From NCBI GenBank assembly GCA_000182565.2, contig KQ257466.1: 64,000 nt of DNA; one strand, written 5' to 3'. Positions 36,020-49,542 of the stretch are shown piece by piece. The notes under the pieces were generated by a model that was not told the origin of the DNA, searched no databases, and saw only the letters and a list, made by a program, of their open reading frames with translations. The position numbers and the translations under genes were made by a program. Source of the stretch: Spizellomyces punctatus DAOM BR117 (lineage: Eukaryota). How positions within the stretch are numbered: the stretch's first letter is position 1; each line of letters opens with the position of its first letter.

Positions 36020-36943
36020 ATGTCGGCGACGACGACGAACCCCACATCCCTTGTCTCCCTTGTAATTAAACAAGTGATCAGCTGGCTAGGGGCCGATCTC
36101 TCGCAGCAGCCACCAACTGTCCCGCTGACACCTCTCATTGTCGGATTGACAGGGCCGCAAGGGATAGGAAAGACCACCCTTGTACGGCAAGTCGTGCAAA
36201 CTCTAAATAACCCACCTTACAACCTAAAAGCAACACATTTTAGCCTTGATGACCTCTACTATCCCCATGCCACCTTGCAAGACATTGCAAACCATAATGC
36301 AGATAACCCCCTTTTGCAGTGGAGGGGAAACCCCGGTACGCACGACATCGCTTTGGGTGAGCAAGTATTGGAGGCGTTCAAGAGGGGCAACCAAACCAAG
36401 AAGGACATACACATACCTGTGTACGACAAGTCTCTAAATAACGGCAGGGGCGATCGGATTGACCAGGCACATTGGAAAAAGGCTCAACCTCCTTTCCATC
36501 TTATCATTCTGGAAGGATGGTGTTTAGGCTTTACCCCACCAACCGATATCACCCCTCTTTACAACTCCGACACAGTTCCGGACACCTCCCTCCTACCTGC
36601 CTTTCCGCACTTGCGCGCTCACTCTGTAGAGCATATACAAACCGTCCTCGAACACCTGACACACCAACAGCGTCTGACAAAGTACATGGATGCTCTGATA
36701 CATATTCACCCATCATCTCTGTCTCATGTTTACACCTGGCGTCTGGAGCAAGAGCATACCATGAAGGCATCGAATGGTGGATATGGTATGTCGGATCAAG
36801 AGGTTAAAGAGTTTGTCGATATGTTCATGCCACTTTACGCGGCTTGTTTGCCTGGGTTATTAGAGAGAGGATGGCAGGGGGGACATTATTTAAGGGTCAC
36901 ACTTGACGAGCGTAGAGAGATACTGGACGTTAATGGCTCATGA
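36020..36943 (+). CDS. P-loop kinase, D-glycerate 3-kinase/Tda10-like
   Basis: GLTGPQGIGKTT, FSLDDLY, RGNPGTHD, PVYDKS..GRGDR, ILEGWCLGF, VYTWRLEQEH. Confidence 0.9.
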   Translation: MSATTTNPTSLVSLVIKQVISWLGADLSQQPPTVPLTPLIVGLTGPQGIGKTTLVRQVVQTLNNPPYNLKATHFSLDDLYYPHATLQDIANHNADNPLLQWRGNPGTHDIALGEQVLEAFKRGNQTKKDIHIPVYDKSLNNGRGDRIDQAHWKKAQPPFHLIILEGWCLGFTPPTDITPLYNSDTVPDTSLLPAFPHLRAHSVEHIQTVLEHLTHQQRLTKYMDALIHIHPSSLSHVYTWRLEQEHTMKASNGGYGMSDQEVKEFVDMFMPLYAACLPGLLERGWQGGHYLRVTLDERREILDVNGS

Positions 36944-37244
36944 TCACCATTACACCAAATATTTTCCTCTTTCAGGAAGTTCATGTACCATAGCAAAGCA
37001 TGTACCTAGTTTCTGTGAATATCGGTGCCAATCCATATTCATCAGTATCTGTCTTCATGTAGATTACGGCAAGAATGGCTATTGAATGCACTAAAAGCTT
37101 GTCAAATCTAGTTCGAATATAGATAACATAAATAATTCACTAATCAGCAACGGAAACAGGATTCCATTCAATTTCTTGGCCCAAGGGTCTTATGTAGCAG
37201 ACTCGCTTCTGTTACGGTCCTCGTTGGCGACGACGACCTCAGGT

Positions 37245-40200
37245 TTAAGAAGGTCGTCTTCGTTGATCTTTCTCTGGTGGCGTCGGCAGAGGAGATTCGG
37301 ATTGTGTCGAATCCGTCGTTCCGGCGGTGGTGATCGATCGGGAAGGGCTGGAGTGGCGAACCGTTAGCCGGCCCTGACTGTATGCAGCCAGTCGAGCCAA
37401 CCATTGCAGGAACACGGACGCAGCCGGCGAGGAAGATAAGCGAACTGAAGTGCCTTGCGCGGTCAAAGGGAATGTTGATTGATCGACACTGAACAAGTTA
37501 AGGAGAAGGGTGAGATTGGAAGGAGAGAAAGGTGGAGGATCGAGATCCTGATAACATGAATTGGATTAGTTATATTATTCTTAAACCAGGTAATGGGGAC
37601 AACACAATACCTCATCGATCACACCGAAGCATGTCTTGATATTCCCAAGCAGGCTCTCCCAAATGTCTTGAACTTCATCTCCAAAATCACTGTCGTCTCC
37701 CATCTCGAGTATCATTGTCATCTTCTCCGCGACGTCTCTTACTGCTTGCAGCTTGTTATGGGGTATACGGGCGACATATACCACCAATGGTGGCATTTCA
37801 TAGCTGTTTGCAGACATAGTGGACGAGCCACGAGATGACAAGCTTCCCCTTGACACAGCCGAAGTAGTAGAGCTTCGCGGGGATCCCTTTTTCCCTTTTG
37901 TACTGCGCCGAGGACTTTTGCTCGCATGGACAAGTATTGCAGTTATACTTTCATCACCTGGGGAAGCCCCGTCGTGGTTAAATGTGCTGGGTGGGACGCC
38001 CATCCAAATGAGGGACCCAACGTCGTCAGGAAGACTGGGTGAGCCAATGTTGGGAGAAATTGGAAGCTCCAGTTTTGGTATAACTGACTCCGTCACACAT
38101 CGCTGGAGAGTGTATGGGGGGCCTACCGCGTCAATCAAACAGGAATGTAGTCGTCGGATTCGGGCGACTACCGCTATTTCCCAGGCGTCAGATGGAGGAT
38201 ACTCAACAGCGGAGCGCTCACGAGCAAGCGCGCATAAACAGTCCATGAGTACATCGCTTTTCCATTTTTGAGCCTGCGATATGCTGGTAGCAGAAGTTCC
38301 TATCAGCTGTGCTCCACTTTGCAGCTTTAGCAAATTTTCACTCCCAGTAACATCGTCAGTCGCCATGTTTCCTTCCGTCATGGCTTTCCATTGATCAACT
38401 TCTTTGATTACCAGGGATCCGATCTCTTGTGATTTGAGCTTGGATCTCCCTTCTAACCGAACACTTTCCAACATTTCACCGCGCATATCATACGATTTTG
38501 CCGCTTGATGCGCCAAGGATGCAAAGAACTCCACCGTTCCATCATCTTCATTTTGTATACGCTCAAAGTACAAGCCAGCAAGTCCGCAAAGACCGCGCGT
38601 GATACCCGCTAGATCATATCCATCGGCCACCAAACCGCTTATCACGCTGATAAGTTGCGCACCAGCAGTCGACCATGCCTCTTGATAAGCGGAGCTATCG
38701 CTGCGATAAATGTATCGGTTTGCGGCACACGCAGTTGCTCGAGATAAGGCGAATGGAACAGCAATTTTTGGAGTAAGATGCACTATATGCCGTACTGCTA
38801 ACGCTGTGGTATCCAGAATGGCCAAACTTGCTGACGGATCGCTTTTTTTCATCCTCCACGCCGCGAGTGCTCGTTTTAGATTGATGGAAACCATTGCTGG
38901 AGCTAAAGCATCATACCCTGACAAGCAGCGGGAGGTCGAGATCGAGAATGCTTTATCAACATACCGTCCCGCGAGATCATAGATTTCAAAGATGCGAGTC
39001 TCGTCCGCGGTACCCACACTTCGCATCGTATCTCCAAGAATTTCCCATCCTCTCGCCAAAACTCCTTCATGACACGCACGGTTAGAAGCCTCCTTCAAGA
39101 TGCTTTCAAACTGTTCAATGCGCTGGACCCAAATTTCAGGGTCATGTGGCACTGATTTAGCTATTGGCGATGTGTCGGTATGGCGTTCACATATAATGGC
39201 CAGCCCGTGGAATATCAGTGCAAACCGAGCATAGTGCCGCTTTTTGGCCTCTTCAAGTCCCTTCCGTGCATACTCGGCAGCCATTGCAAACATCCCTTGC
39301 GCTAACAGCGCCTCAGTCAATTGTTGCAGTGCTTGAAAATAGAAGACTACATTTAGGGTGAAACCCATGGATTGAATATTTCGCGATGGGGTTTTCGGGC
39401 GGTGGGGTGGGTGTACCATGTCGGTGGTTCCAGACTGGGCTTGGAGATCCTCGATAGTGGACACGATGGAAGCGAAACTGCATAAAGTGACGAGTAATCA
39501 GATTGATCCCTATCAATACCTTCTAGTTCAAGACTCACCCTTTTGCTGCAATGTCCAAGTTCCACCTCAGCATGTTGGCTTCACCTCCGATTTCGAAACA
39601 TCTCAAAATCATTTCAGCACAGCTTTCAGTTGCCGTCCTCTCATTTGTCGATTGCAGTTCTGCCTGAAGCTCCGAAATCAACTTTCCCATGATATGATCC
39701 ACCCGTTCCAAAATTGATCCAAGTAAGACAGATGGTTCTCTCCGCTGTGTCCGGGAAATCGATGTGGTTGCTGATGAGTGTCGGCCACCCCGACTGGCGA
39801 CACTTATGTTGCTGGAATGGGATGGCATGCGGCTTAGCGTCTCGCCGATGACCGATCCTCTAGTTGCGTCGCTGGTCAACGGTTTTTGCGGTCCCACGCC
39901 AACGGGGTTGGATTGTCCACCTTGTTCGGATTGGGATACTTCCTCTTGGTGCAGCAACATGGCCAACTTCCTGTTCACAACCTCCGGATCCGCCACATCC
40001 GCTATCTGCAAAATCTTGATTAGTAGCCGACATCGACACAACTCATACTCTCTGACGACATCTGTCCCATAAAACCATCCCAATCTCTCTGTTAAGGCGT
40101 GATCTGCCATGTTCCTCAATATTTTGATGTTATTTGGGGAATCCAGCACGTACACCGAATCCTCGAATTGAATATCTGACACGGGTAGCACAATTCCGCC

Positions 40201-43200
40201 TCCAGATGTTGGGGTGTAAATTCTTCGGTCATCTGGTACCAGCGCCCGTCCACATGAGACGGAAAAGAAGCTCTCAATTCCATCGGCAATGCATCCCATC
40301 GAGACTAAGGCTTCAGCTTTCAGGAGTCGCGCAAATGCCAGCAGCGGAGATGATTTGCACTTGTTCACAGCTATGAACTCAATGAACGAGGTCAGTGGTA
40401 CAGCTTCCCCAGGACGATCGGCCGCGGTCAGGTCACCCGCCACGAAGCATAGTGATTCCGCCAATTCCCATGAATCACATCGGTAAAGGTCAGAAAATAG
40501 GTCCAGGCTTGGGTAGACGTAAGGCGGAAGGTAGCTCGCAAACGAGGGCGGTGTACCAGGATGAGGAATCGTTCCTTGAAGTGGTGCGCTAAACAAATGT
40601 GCAGCGAGAAGTACCAAAGACTGTCGTTTATCAAGGTTTGTCGAGATATATGAGCACTGAACCATTTTCGTGACTGCAACGCCTGCTAGGATGGAGTTCT
40701 TTACTCCGCCAACCAGTGACAATATACGTGGTTTACTTGGTGTCCGATTTGTCCACAAGTCGCTTGGGTCCGCCACCAAAGACTTCCAATCCGCAACAAC
40801 CTTTTCCCTTTCAAACACAGCGTCCACGCATTTGGACCAGAATAAACATGCACTTTCACGGTCGCCTTTGGCAAACAGCAGATTTGCATACTCGTTTGCT
40901 GCCATCGCTATAGCATTGCGTGCATCGTGAGACTTTGCCACACGCAATGCTTCCTCGTATCCCTGTACAGCGGCAAGGAACGTACGGGACATAGTTGGAG
41001 ACTGAATGCTCGCTTGTGCGCGGTCAAGTACAAACTCGGCATGAAGCCCGCGTGCATGCAGAAGTAGTTGCAATGGTGTATTTGTAGGCTGACTTGCGCC
41101 TAGCCACCGATCCAGATCATGTGCAGCCCATTTCTTTCCTACGTCTGTTCCACCTTTGAGATTCTCATAAGCTGTAGCAAGCAAAGGCCGTAAAAAACGT
41201 CCGTAAATGCCTTTGAAAATTGTATCAAAGCGCATGCCGAACTCAATCATGCGGTAGTGTTTTTTTGCACTATGCATGGCTTCGATTGTGAAGAGACTGA
41301 ACTGGGCTATGAATGGAATGTCCACCATGTGTACCTGCACTTCCCCGTGTCGATCGATCCACCCGGCAAGATATTGATGTCCATAGAGTTCGGAAAGACT
41401 ACTGAGAGGCAACACACTAGATGACTCTTGTCCACCGCGAAAGGGATCCGAACCTTTGGCTGCAGTAGTTGGTCGGGAGGGATATGTAAATGTTCTGCCT
41501 GTATTGGGTCGCGAACTTAAGCCAACTGGACTTGAGTTTTCATCCTCTTCGTCAGCCTTCCGGATTTTCACACCCTGCAATAGGTCCAGTAGGCATGTCC
41601 CAGCGATCCACCATGCCCTCCACAAAGAATTTCGGTGAAACTCCGTGCCCGTGACAATATTGCGTTGCAACAGGTATCGCTGTACACTCCAAAGGTGACG
41701 ACAGCTTTCGAGGACTTGAAGCCATTGGCCCACGCGGGTGGCTATTACAATTGACTGAACTATCGATTGAAGCGCATCCGTAATCATGCGAGTTAGGTCG
41801 GAGTGAGCAGATTTTGTTGCAATTTCTTCCGTTGCACTGACTCGTGCATTGGTAGATGTCCGTCCTCGGGCTTCGCTAGCATTGCTGGGAACTCGTAGCT
41901 CATTCAGTAGCACTCTTCCACAATTTCGCAGCTCCAACGCCTCCCTCAACGTTACGTCGACTGCACCGCCGAAATCTCTTCCTTGTGCATCTCTCTGAAG
42001 CTGCTCAAACACTGCCAGTCCGTGGACTAGTGCAAGACGAGAGGACCAGGGCGCCTCATACTCGAGGATAATACGCAATCGACGCGCAAATCGCCGGCGA
42101 CGCCATAAGGACGAGAGAACCAAGTCCAAAATTCTGGCTGCACGATCTTTTCGTTCCAGCTCGGCGGGAGGCAGTCCTGCAAAATAGGTCTGTCGTGCCG
42201 CGCCTCGTTTACGACGGAGGGTCGCGTTATCTAAGGTTTCTCCTTCGGCGGCTGTGCGTGTAGACTGAACACTGGGACTTCGAGATCTCGATCGGGGTGA
42301 TTCAGATTTTGGCGGCTTTGCAGTTGCATCGACAGAAGTGTCGCGCGACGTGCCCAGTGTTCTGTCCGTTGCAGGTGCTCCATGGACCATTTCGCTGCGT
42401 GTTCTCCGTGGGTCGTGATGGTCTGTTGACTCTCGCCGGCCACCCTCGCTTTTCGGTCGCACAGCGGGAACCGTGTCAGTAGTTCCATATTCGGCTGGTT
42501 CTTCTTCAAGTTGTTCCGTGTGAGCAGCAGATTTGGGACGTCGAAGAGTGGGCACATTGCTGGAAGTCCGCCCCCTAAAAGTATTGATAAGAGGAGTACG
42601 TGCAAAGCATACGGTCGGTATGTGAACAGGTGTATGTAAATCCAGGACGTGAAACTCACTTCCTTCCTCGTCTCTTATCATCGCTTTTCCCAATACCAAA
42701 ACCAACTCTCTTGTCAGCAAACAGACTCCTCTTTTTACGCTTAGCCAGTGCTGCATCCTTTCCCCTCGTATCGTCCTCCCCGCCATCATCAGAACGCAAA
42801 ATGGATAAATTCCTTCTCTCAGTCCATTCTTCTGCATCAATACACACACGCACAGCTGCATCAATCAGCGTAGATGCGAGACACCATGCTGCAGCAAACC
42901 ATGATAACTCCATATATCGAGGGTTTTTGCGAAAACGGGTCAGATTTTCCATGGCAATGTCCGGTCCAGAATGTACCAGAACAGAGAATAGTTCTTTCAG
43001 GGACGTTGCTGTTGCGTCGAGAGTTTTGCGGTGGATAGAAACAGTGGAAGAAGCCACAGAAGGCGCTATACCCGCTAAGCTGCCTTCCGGTTGCTGTGAT
43101 GGAGAGGCTGGTGCAAATGCATTGCTTGTCGGGAAACTAGCTTTGGTTATCTGCAACTCCAAGTACTCACAGAAGGCGTCTAGTTTTCTTGGAGTTTGTT

Positions 43201-46200
43201 CCCCGTATCCCTTTGCGGGTTCGCTGGAAATCGCGAGTACAGTATGATACGCAAAATCAACTGAAAATCCCCCAGGCCCCTTCCCTTTTCTTTTTCCCAT
43301 GTTCTTCTTTGCTGCCCGTTGACCGATGCCCAACCACTCATGCTCTAGGTACGATGAACTCATGATTCGCGTATCCAAGAGTCCTGGAACAGAGTGAATG
43401 ACTCCCAGCGCCTCTTCGGCGACTTTCACAGCAAGAGCAACATCTCTTGATCGTCTTTTTGACGTCAGTCGTCGCACCAAATGGAAAGATACGTATGCAA
43501 AATGGTCTCGCACACCTTGGGCCCGATCATCGCCTAAGATGGGGGAACACTTCAGGAATATCACATGGCAGGTCAAAAGAATTTTGATGAGGAACGGCAT
43601 GGGGGTTGGCAATGGCGTGTTGAACGAGAGAAAAGTCGGATCTGGTACATCCTCAATTCGCAAAATTGGGATTAAGATTTCGTAGCATTTGAAGGATGAT
43701 AATAGCATCAACCGATCATCCCCAATCCTTTGAGCCAGCTCGACGGCTATTAGCAGCTCTTTGCAAGAGCGTAATCGTAGCATCTGCGCTCCTAATATAT
43801 CTCTTGTACCTTCTGCATCGGAGTAAGGAATCGCATTGGTATCCGCAAACGTCCGGTCTACATGAGCATAGACACTTTCGATAAATGAGCGAATAATCAA
43901 CGGCGAAGTCTCTTCGGCATCCTCATCGTTCAACTTGAACACTTCCTCAGCATACGAGTCTATGCTTTGCGGCGGACACAGTGTCTTATTCCCTTCTGAT
44001 GCTCGTAAACTGGCATCAGGAGCGTCCCAGGCAACAAAATGAGAGCGTAGAATGCTGTAAGCCAACCCGGCAACACGGTCGCATCCCGCTTCATGTGCAA
44101 TTTGAGCAACTTGACCCCAACAAAGAACCAATGGAAGAGGTAAGCATGCAACAATCGGTCGACAGGTTTCACCCATCCCCCCTATCATGCGTCCATTTGT
44201 ATCATATACAGCGCATGCGAAGGCATACGATTGATTCGGCGTGAGTCCAGATATGGTAATGTCAGTTCCAGGACGTGCCGGAGTGGCAGACCCTTGATAG
44301 AAGACGTCACTGACGGTAACCGGTCCTGTGGGGTGGGATGTCGTGTTTCGGCAGAAAACTTGATACGCATGAGGGAAAATCTGGCGTCCTGTTTTATCGC
44401 ACATGGGTTGAGGGCGGATAGTAATAGATGTGGGTGTTCTTCGGATAAAAAGAGGTGCTGGACACCTGTTTTGCGTGGTAGGATGCGAAGTGGTATCAGC
44501 GGAGAATAACTTGTCCAGTAACCTTCTCTCCTCCTTTTGGGCTTTCGTGAGAAGTTGAGCAGACCGATCCAAGAGGACTGCCTTCTGCTCTTTTCCCAAA
44601 TTCGAGCCCTCCGAAGCGTGCACAGCCACCATCAGTGCGGTCAGGACTAGGTTTTCCCCGCAGCATGCTTTTATATCCTCTTCACTGGGCGCTGTCAGAG
44701 GTTCGCTCAAATGCCGGTGCTTGTTTGTTAGCCGAAGTTGCTCTTGTTCCTTTTTGTTTTGGACAACAATATTTTCGTGATGTTTCAACTTCATCCGACA
44801 CCGAAACAGGGAACGTGAAATGTTCACAGCGGCACATGCAAGCTCGCGACAAGTTGAAGTGGGTTTTGCTGAATCTTTCTTACGATTATCCAATTCAGCT
44901 ACTTCCACATCAGATGTTCTATCGTCATGCAGCCCGTTGATGCGTATTCCTTTATGGAATCTCACGTTGCAAGTAATAGAGTCTAACCCATCCAAGCCAT
45001 CGCCCATCCGTACCCTGGCAACGGCTATCCTCCGCTCCACATCGTCCAAAACGTCGACAGCCTCCTTGAACTCTCCTAAGCACTCCAATATTATTGCTAA
45101 CTTTGCACCAACATCCACCGCAAAGATCGCATCATCTATGTCCAACTCCGTGAGCGTTGCGTGGAGAGACCGCAACAAGATAACACTCATGCTATCCATC
45201 GATAATACGTTGCATTTGGGGGCATCGGATATGGACACAAAGTCCTTAAGCAAAGGCTCAAGAAAGTGCCATATAAACTGACAAGCGTCGCCAATCAGAC
45301 GAGGCATCGTCTGTCCTAAATCTGATTTATCCATGCATTCCGCCAGGGCGTCGAGTAAGCCAGCGGCAGCTGTTTGAAGTTGGCTAGAAAACTCTAACCG
45401 CCGGATCCGAAGATCTGTAGTAGTCGCCGTCAACCGCTGAGTATCAAATCCAACTTTGCGCTCCGAGTGCACGACGGTTTGAAAATTGATAGCTGCAAGA
45501 CGTAGAACGAGCTCTTTGGATGCAACATCTTGCTCATCCTTGGTATACTCCCCATTGAATGCGTCGGTGTCCAACAATGCGTCCAAAATTCTCGCGAGAA
45601 TACTGAATCTCTCCCACTGGTGGTACGCAAAGAGGTGTCTCGCATATGCCATCAAGTCGTCCAGATGAAGAAGGCCCAACCGCCGTTGAGACATGATTCG
45701 AGAGACATCTGCCGGGCGCGGAGACCGTCCCAGTCGCAAATCGGTTGTGTATGCAGACACAAGCTTGGAAAGTGACAGAAAGCTCTCGGGCTCGGAAATG
45801 ATGATTTCGAATCCCACATCCAAAAGCTTCATGGCCAGCTGCTCATTTCGGTTAAAGTCTTCAGACAACTTTTCTATGTACGTCATAGTTACATCCGGTG
45901 AGGCGAGAGCATGAAGGCCTTGCACAACCGCGTGGAATCTGTCCCGATCACCACTGAACGAACCAAGCATGTACAAGACGTCAAAAACCATTTGACGTTT
46001 GGCCCGCCCCTCTTCCGTATCATCCGCGCGCTGACCTGTTTTACTTTTTCGACTACGACTTGTTTGCTGTTTGCTGCTGCCTGCCTTGTAATCCTTCCCA
46101 CCCAAGTCTGTAAACATCGTTTCAGAAAACGAGTCACCCTCTTCTCCGCCATCAACCTTGGAGTCATCGCCCAGTCCATATGCCACCAGGCTTTCTGCAT

Positions 46201-47901
46201 CACTCGTAGTCATTGCCGAGCCCTCCCGGTCCATGCGTCGACGCCCTGGGAAACGGTTGACGCGATCCGGCCCGGGTAGCTGACTGATTGCCTTGACGGA
46301 TAGAGTTCGGACCAGAGTTCGACCGCCACCTCTGGGTCGCCATTGTAAGTCGCCTGTTCCATCTGTCGCCTGACTCGCAGATGATGCACGGGGTCCAGCA
46401 GATGACGGCAAACCCGTTATACTTTGCATAGATCCAGCGAGATCGAAGAAAGACGACGTCAATTGCCTTCCCCGACCAGCAAACCCGTTAAAAAGGGGTC
46501 CACCCCGTGCTGGCGAGGCTTTCTCCAAATTACGCAAAGGCGTTTGAGAAACAACGGAGGAACGCAAGTCTTCCTCGGGAATACTACCAAATCCACTGAG
46601 TGACCCACTTGTTTGTTTCAGGGCCCCGGTGACCACATTTCCCGCAGCCATTATCTGGGGAATGGCATCGGCATTTGCAACTTTCTTTCCTTCCACGATA
46701 GCGCGCACTTCACATGCGAAGATCAGCAAGTTTAGTCGATGCGTAGTGGCGTCAATGATGTCTTGCGTCTGCGGTTCGACGTCACCAGCTGTTTCCGCGT
46801 CGGTTGCCGTCTCACCGAGTTTGGCTACTGCCTCTAGGATGGTCTCCTCAGCTTGCGCGTAGGCTTTCTGTCTTATATAGCAGTTATAGACGGAGACATA
46901 ATATTCAATTCGCCATGGCAGGTATTCTGGCTTGAGAAGGGGAGCGCAGCTTTCAACATATGATATCGCTCGAAGGAGAACATCAACGATCTGCACATGT
47001 CCGCAGAATCAGAGGGCTATACAAGCTGCAATTATTGTCATCATGGAGGACTCACCTCATCCGAGTACTGGATACTTGCGACCTCGTCCGCAATTGTTCG
47101 CACTTGCACGCTGCCCGACCACACTAACCAAGCACCTTCACTCTCCTCCATAAACACACTCCCTTTCATCACATCCAACATGCTTGAAAGTACATCAAGA
47201 ATCTTCTCAAAAATACCACAAGATCGGAAAAGTGGATCGACAGAGCGGAGTGTTAAGTAGGTGGCCATCAGGTGTCCGTATTGTGCACGATGACGAAGGG
47301 TTTGAGGTGATGGGTTTGGCTGGGGTGGAGTATGAGGTATAGAGGAGGGTACCGGAGTGGCCAATCGAGAGGTTAGGAACGCTTCAGGTGCTTCTTTCAG
47401 GAATTTTGTGAAGCAAATCTCGTCCGCTGCGTCGTGAAAGCCTGGAATCCCCAACAATTGCTCCCCAGTCGCAACCATTTTGGAATACAAGTCTTCTTCC
47501 GAAAGATGCGGACCAAACATGTCCCAGCACTTGGAGAGCTGTAGACATAGCATCCGTCTTCGTGTATTTAGCGAAGAATGTAATTTTTCTTGATGGTCGC
47601 TATCTTGCACATGGTGCTTGGCGATACGATCCTTTTCTACAGTGGCATGGAAAGCCCTCACCCTTTTAACGCACGTATTTACCTCATGCTCGAATACAGA
47701 GCGGAGAGATGCTGTAGACATGCGCCCGAGCAGTGGATCGAGAAGTTGTATTGGCGGAGCTTTAATTGCCATGAAGGAGCCAGTAAAACCCTTGTTGAGA
47801 GGGAGTAGCACACCCCCGGCGGCAGTGCCTTTTCTTGCAGTATTTGCATGTTTCAGATTGGTGCTCTTCGAGGGCAGGCTTGACGGCGCCGTTGTCGCCA
47901 T
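37245..47901 (-). CDS. CFAP54: Cilia- and flagella-associated protein 54-like giant protein (>3000 aa), multi-exon
   Basis: Consecutive long minus-strand exons. YLPWRIEYYVSVYNCY and GLTPNQSYAFACAVYDTNGRMIGGMGETCRPIVACLPLPL resemble CFAP54 conserved blocks as I recall them. Confidence 0.75.
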
Positions 47902-48505
47902 CTTTGGCGTACTGGAAACTGACGGATCGTAGGTTGTGGAAGTGATCTTGGAGTGCTTACGCGATGCTGATTAAATGTGCACTTGATCGACCCCATTCTT
48001 GCCAATACACTACAGCTATTCCAGGACTTGCATCGCAGCATACAACCTTATGATCGGTGAGCCCCAGAGGACGCAATCAAAATAAAGTATTTAATGAGCC
48101 AGAGGATGAACAACATCCTCCAACAATTCTCCAAGACCATCTACCCTTTGACGCTCGCGCGCTACGGCTGGTCTTCATGCGATCATCTTTAGGAAATTCT
48201 AAATTACCATATCGAAAGACATATAACCTACAAATGAGAGCACCCTATTTAGTCCACCACTCCTCCCATAACTACCGTCTGAAATTCCTTATATGTACTA
48301 TGCAAGGGTCGTACTCTCATGTTATTTCCATCCACGTAGCATGTAGGTAGATGACGTCCGTAGATTGAGACCTCCGCAGGGCTTTCCAGTTACGTCACGT
48401 TAGACCATGAAAGATACATCTCCATGCAGCCCATCACCCTAATATAAGAGACTGAGGACATTGAAACTAGCCTTAACTGCCTACCGAACTCATCTTTTTT
48501 GCAAT

Positions 48506-49224
48506 ATGGCTAGCTCTGAGCAGGTCCATGTCGTTGATGCTGTCATCAAGGACCATAAGCATATTGATGCCTACTACAAAGTAAGAAGAAGGTACAAGCA
48601 TATGCGCCCAATCACACCAGTTTCTCATTTATGCTGCAGCAATACCGTGCTAACGAAGGCAATCCTCCGGAGCAACAAAAATGGGCCAATCAACTGTTTT
48701 GGCAAATCGCCGTCCATTCTATCGCAGAAGAGCTGACCGTGTACCCAGCATTCGAGCAGTACGTCCCTGACGGCGTCGCCATAGCTGAAAAGGAACGTAG
48801 CCAGCATCAGCAAGTCAAAGACGATTTGTATCAACTGCAAAACAAGTCTGTTGGGCAGGATGCCGATTTTGTTCCCCTAATGGAGAAGATGATGAATGAA
48901 TTGACCGAGCACATTCAGCAAGAGGAGACCACGGATATGCCCAAGTTAAGAGAGGCTATCAGTAACGACGACGCTCTCAGATTAGGTAGAGACTTTGAAA
49001 TGACAAAATACTTTGTTCCAACTCGGTAAGCAACGAAAGGCAGCGATTTCATGCAACCATAGTTATGCTAAGCTGTACCTACTCTTTTAAGGTCCCACCC
49101 ATCGGCACCCAACAAGCCTCCTTTCGAAACTGTTGCGGGACTGCTGGCCGCGCCGATCGATCGCCTTCGCGACTTGCTCACTAAGTTCCCGAGTGAGCAG
49201 GAACTCAAAGCCGTTGAACCTTGA
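48506..49224 (+). CDS. Hemerythrin/HHE cation-binding domain protein, 3 exons
   Basis: DAVIKDH, HSIAEELTVYPAFE, SQHQQVK, EHIQQEE, PTR/SHPSAPNKPPFETVAGLLAAPIDRLRD. Confidence 0.9.
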
Positions 49225-49542
49225 GTGCCTTCATCTTTTGCTTTTTAGTTGCGACCTTTAGCCCTGCATACCTTCACGTCACTACACTGTGTATAGCCTA
49301 GCATATCTGTTAACAAAAAAAAAAACTTTGCAAAACTGGCTGTCAATACAAGATCTCGCGATCAGTGATATGATTGCAATTTGCGTGTATCATTTCATGG
49401 GGTAGATTGCCCAACTTGGCCAAATCGTGGGCGTAGATTACGCAGGGCTTATAAACTGCACACTTGGCGGTTGGTCATCGCAGCTTCAATTCTATGGACA
49501 CTGAAAGAAATATGCTTGACGCAAGTACCAACAACGAACAGG

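Noticed and set aside
42575-42864. Overlap of the 1446-aa and 1109-aa ORFs resembling a frameshift
   Set aside because: Explained by an ordinary GTGAGT...TAG intron (~42660-42576) in the CFAP54-like gene.
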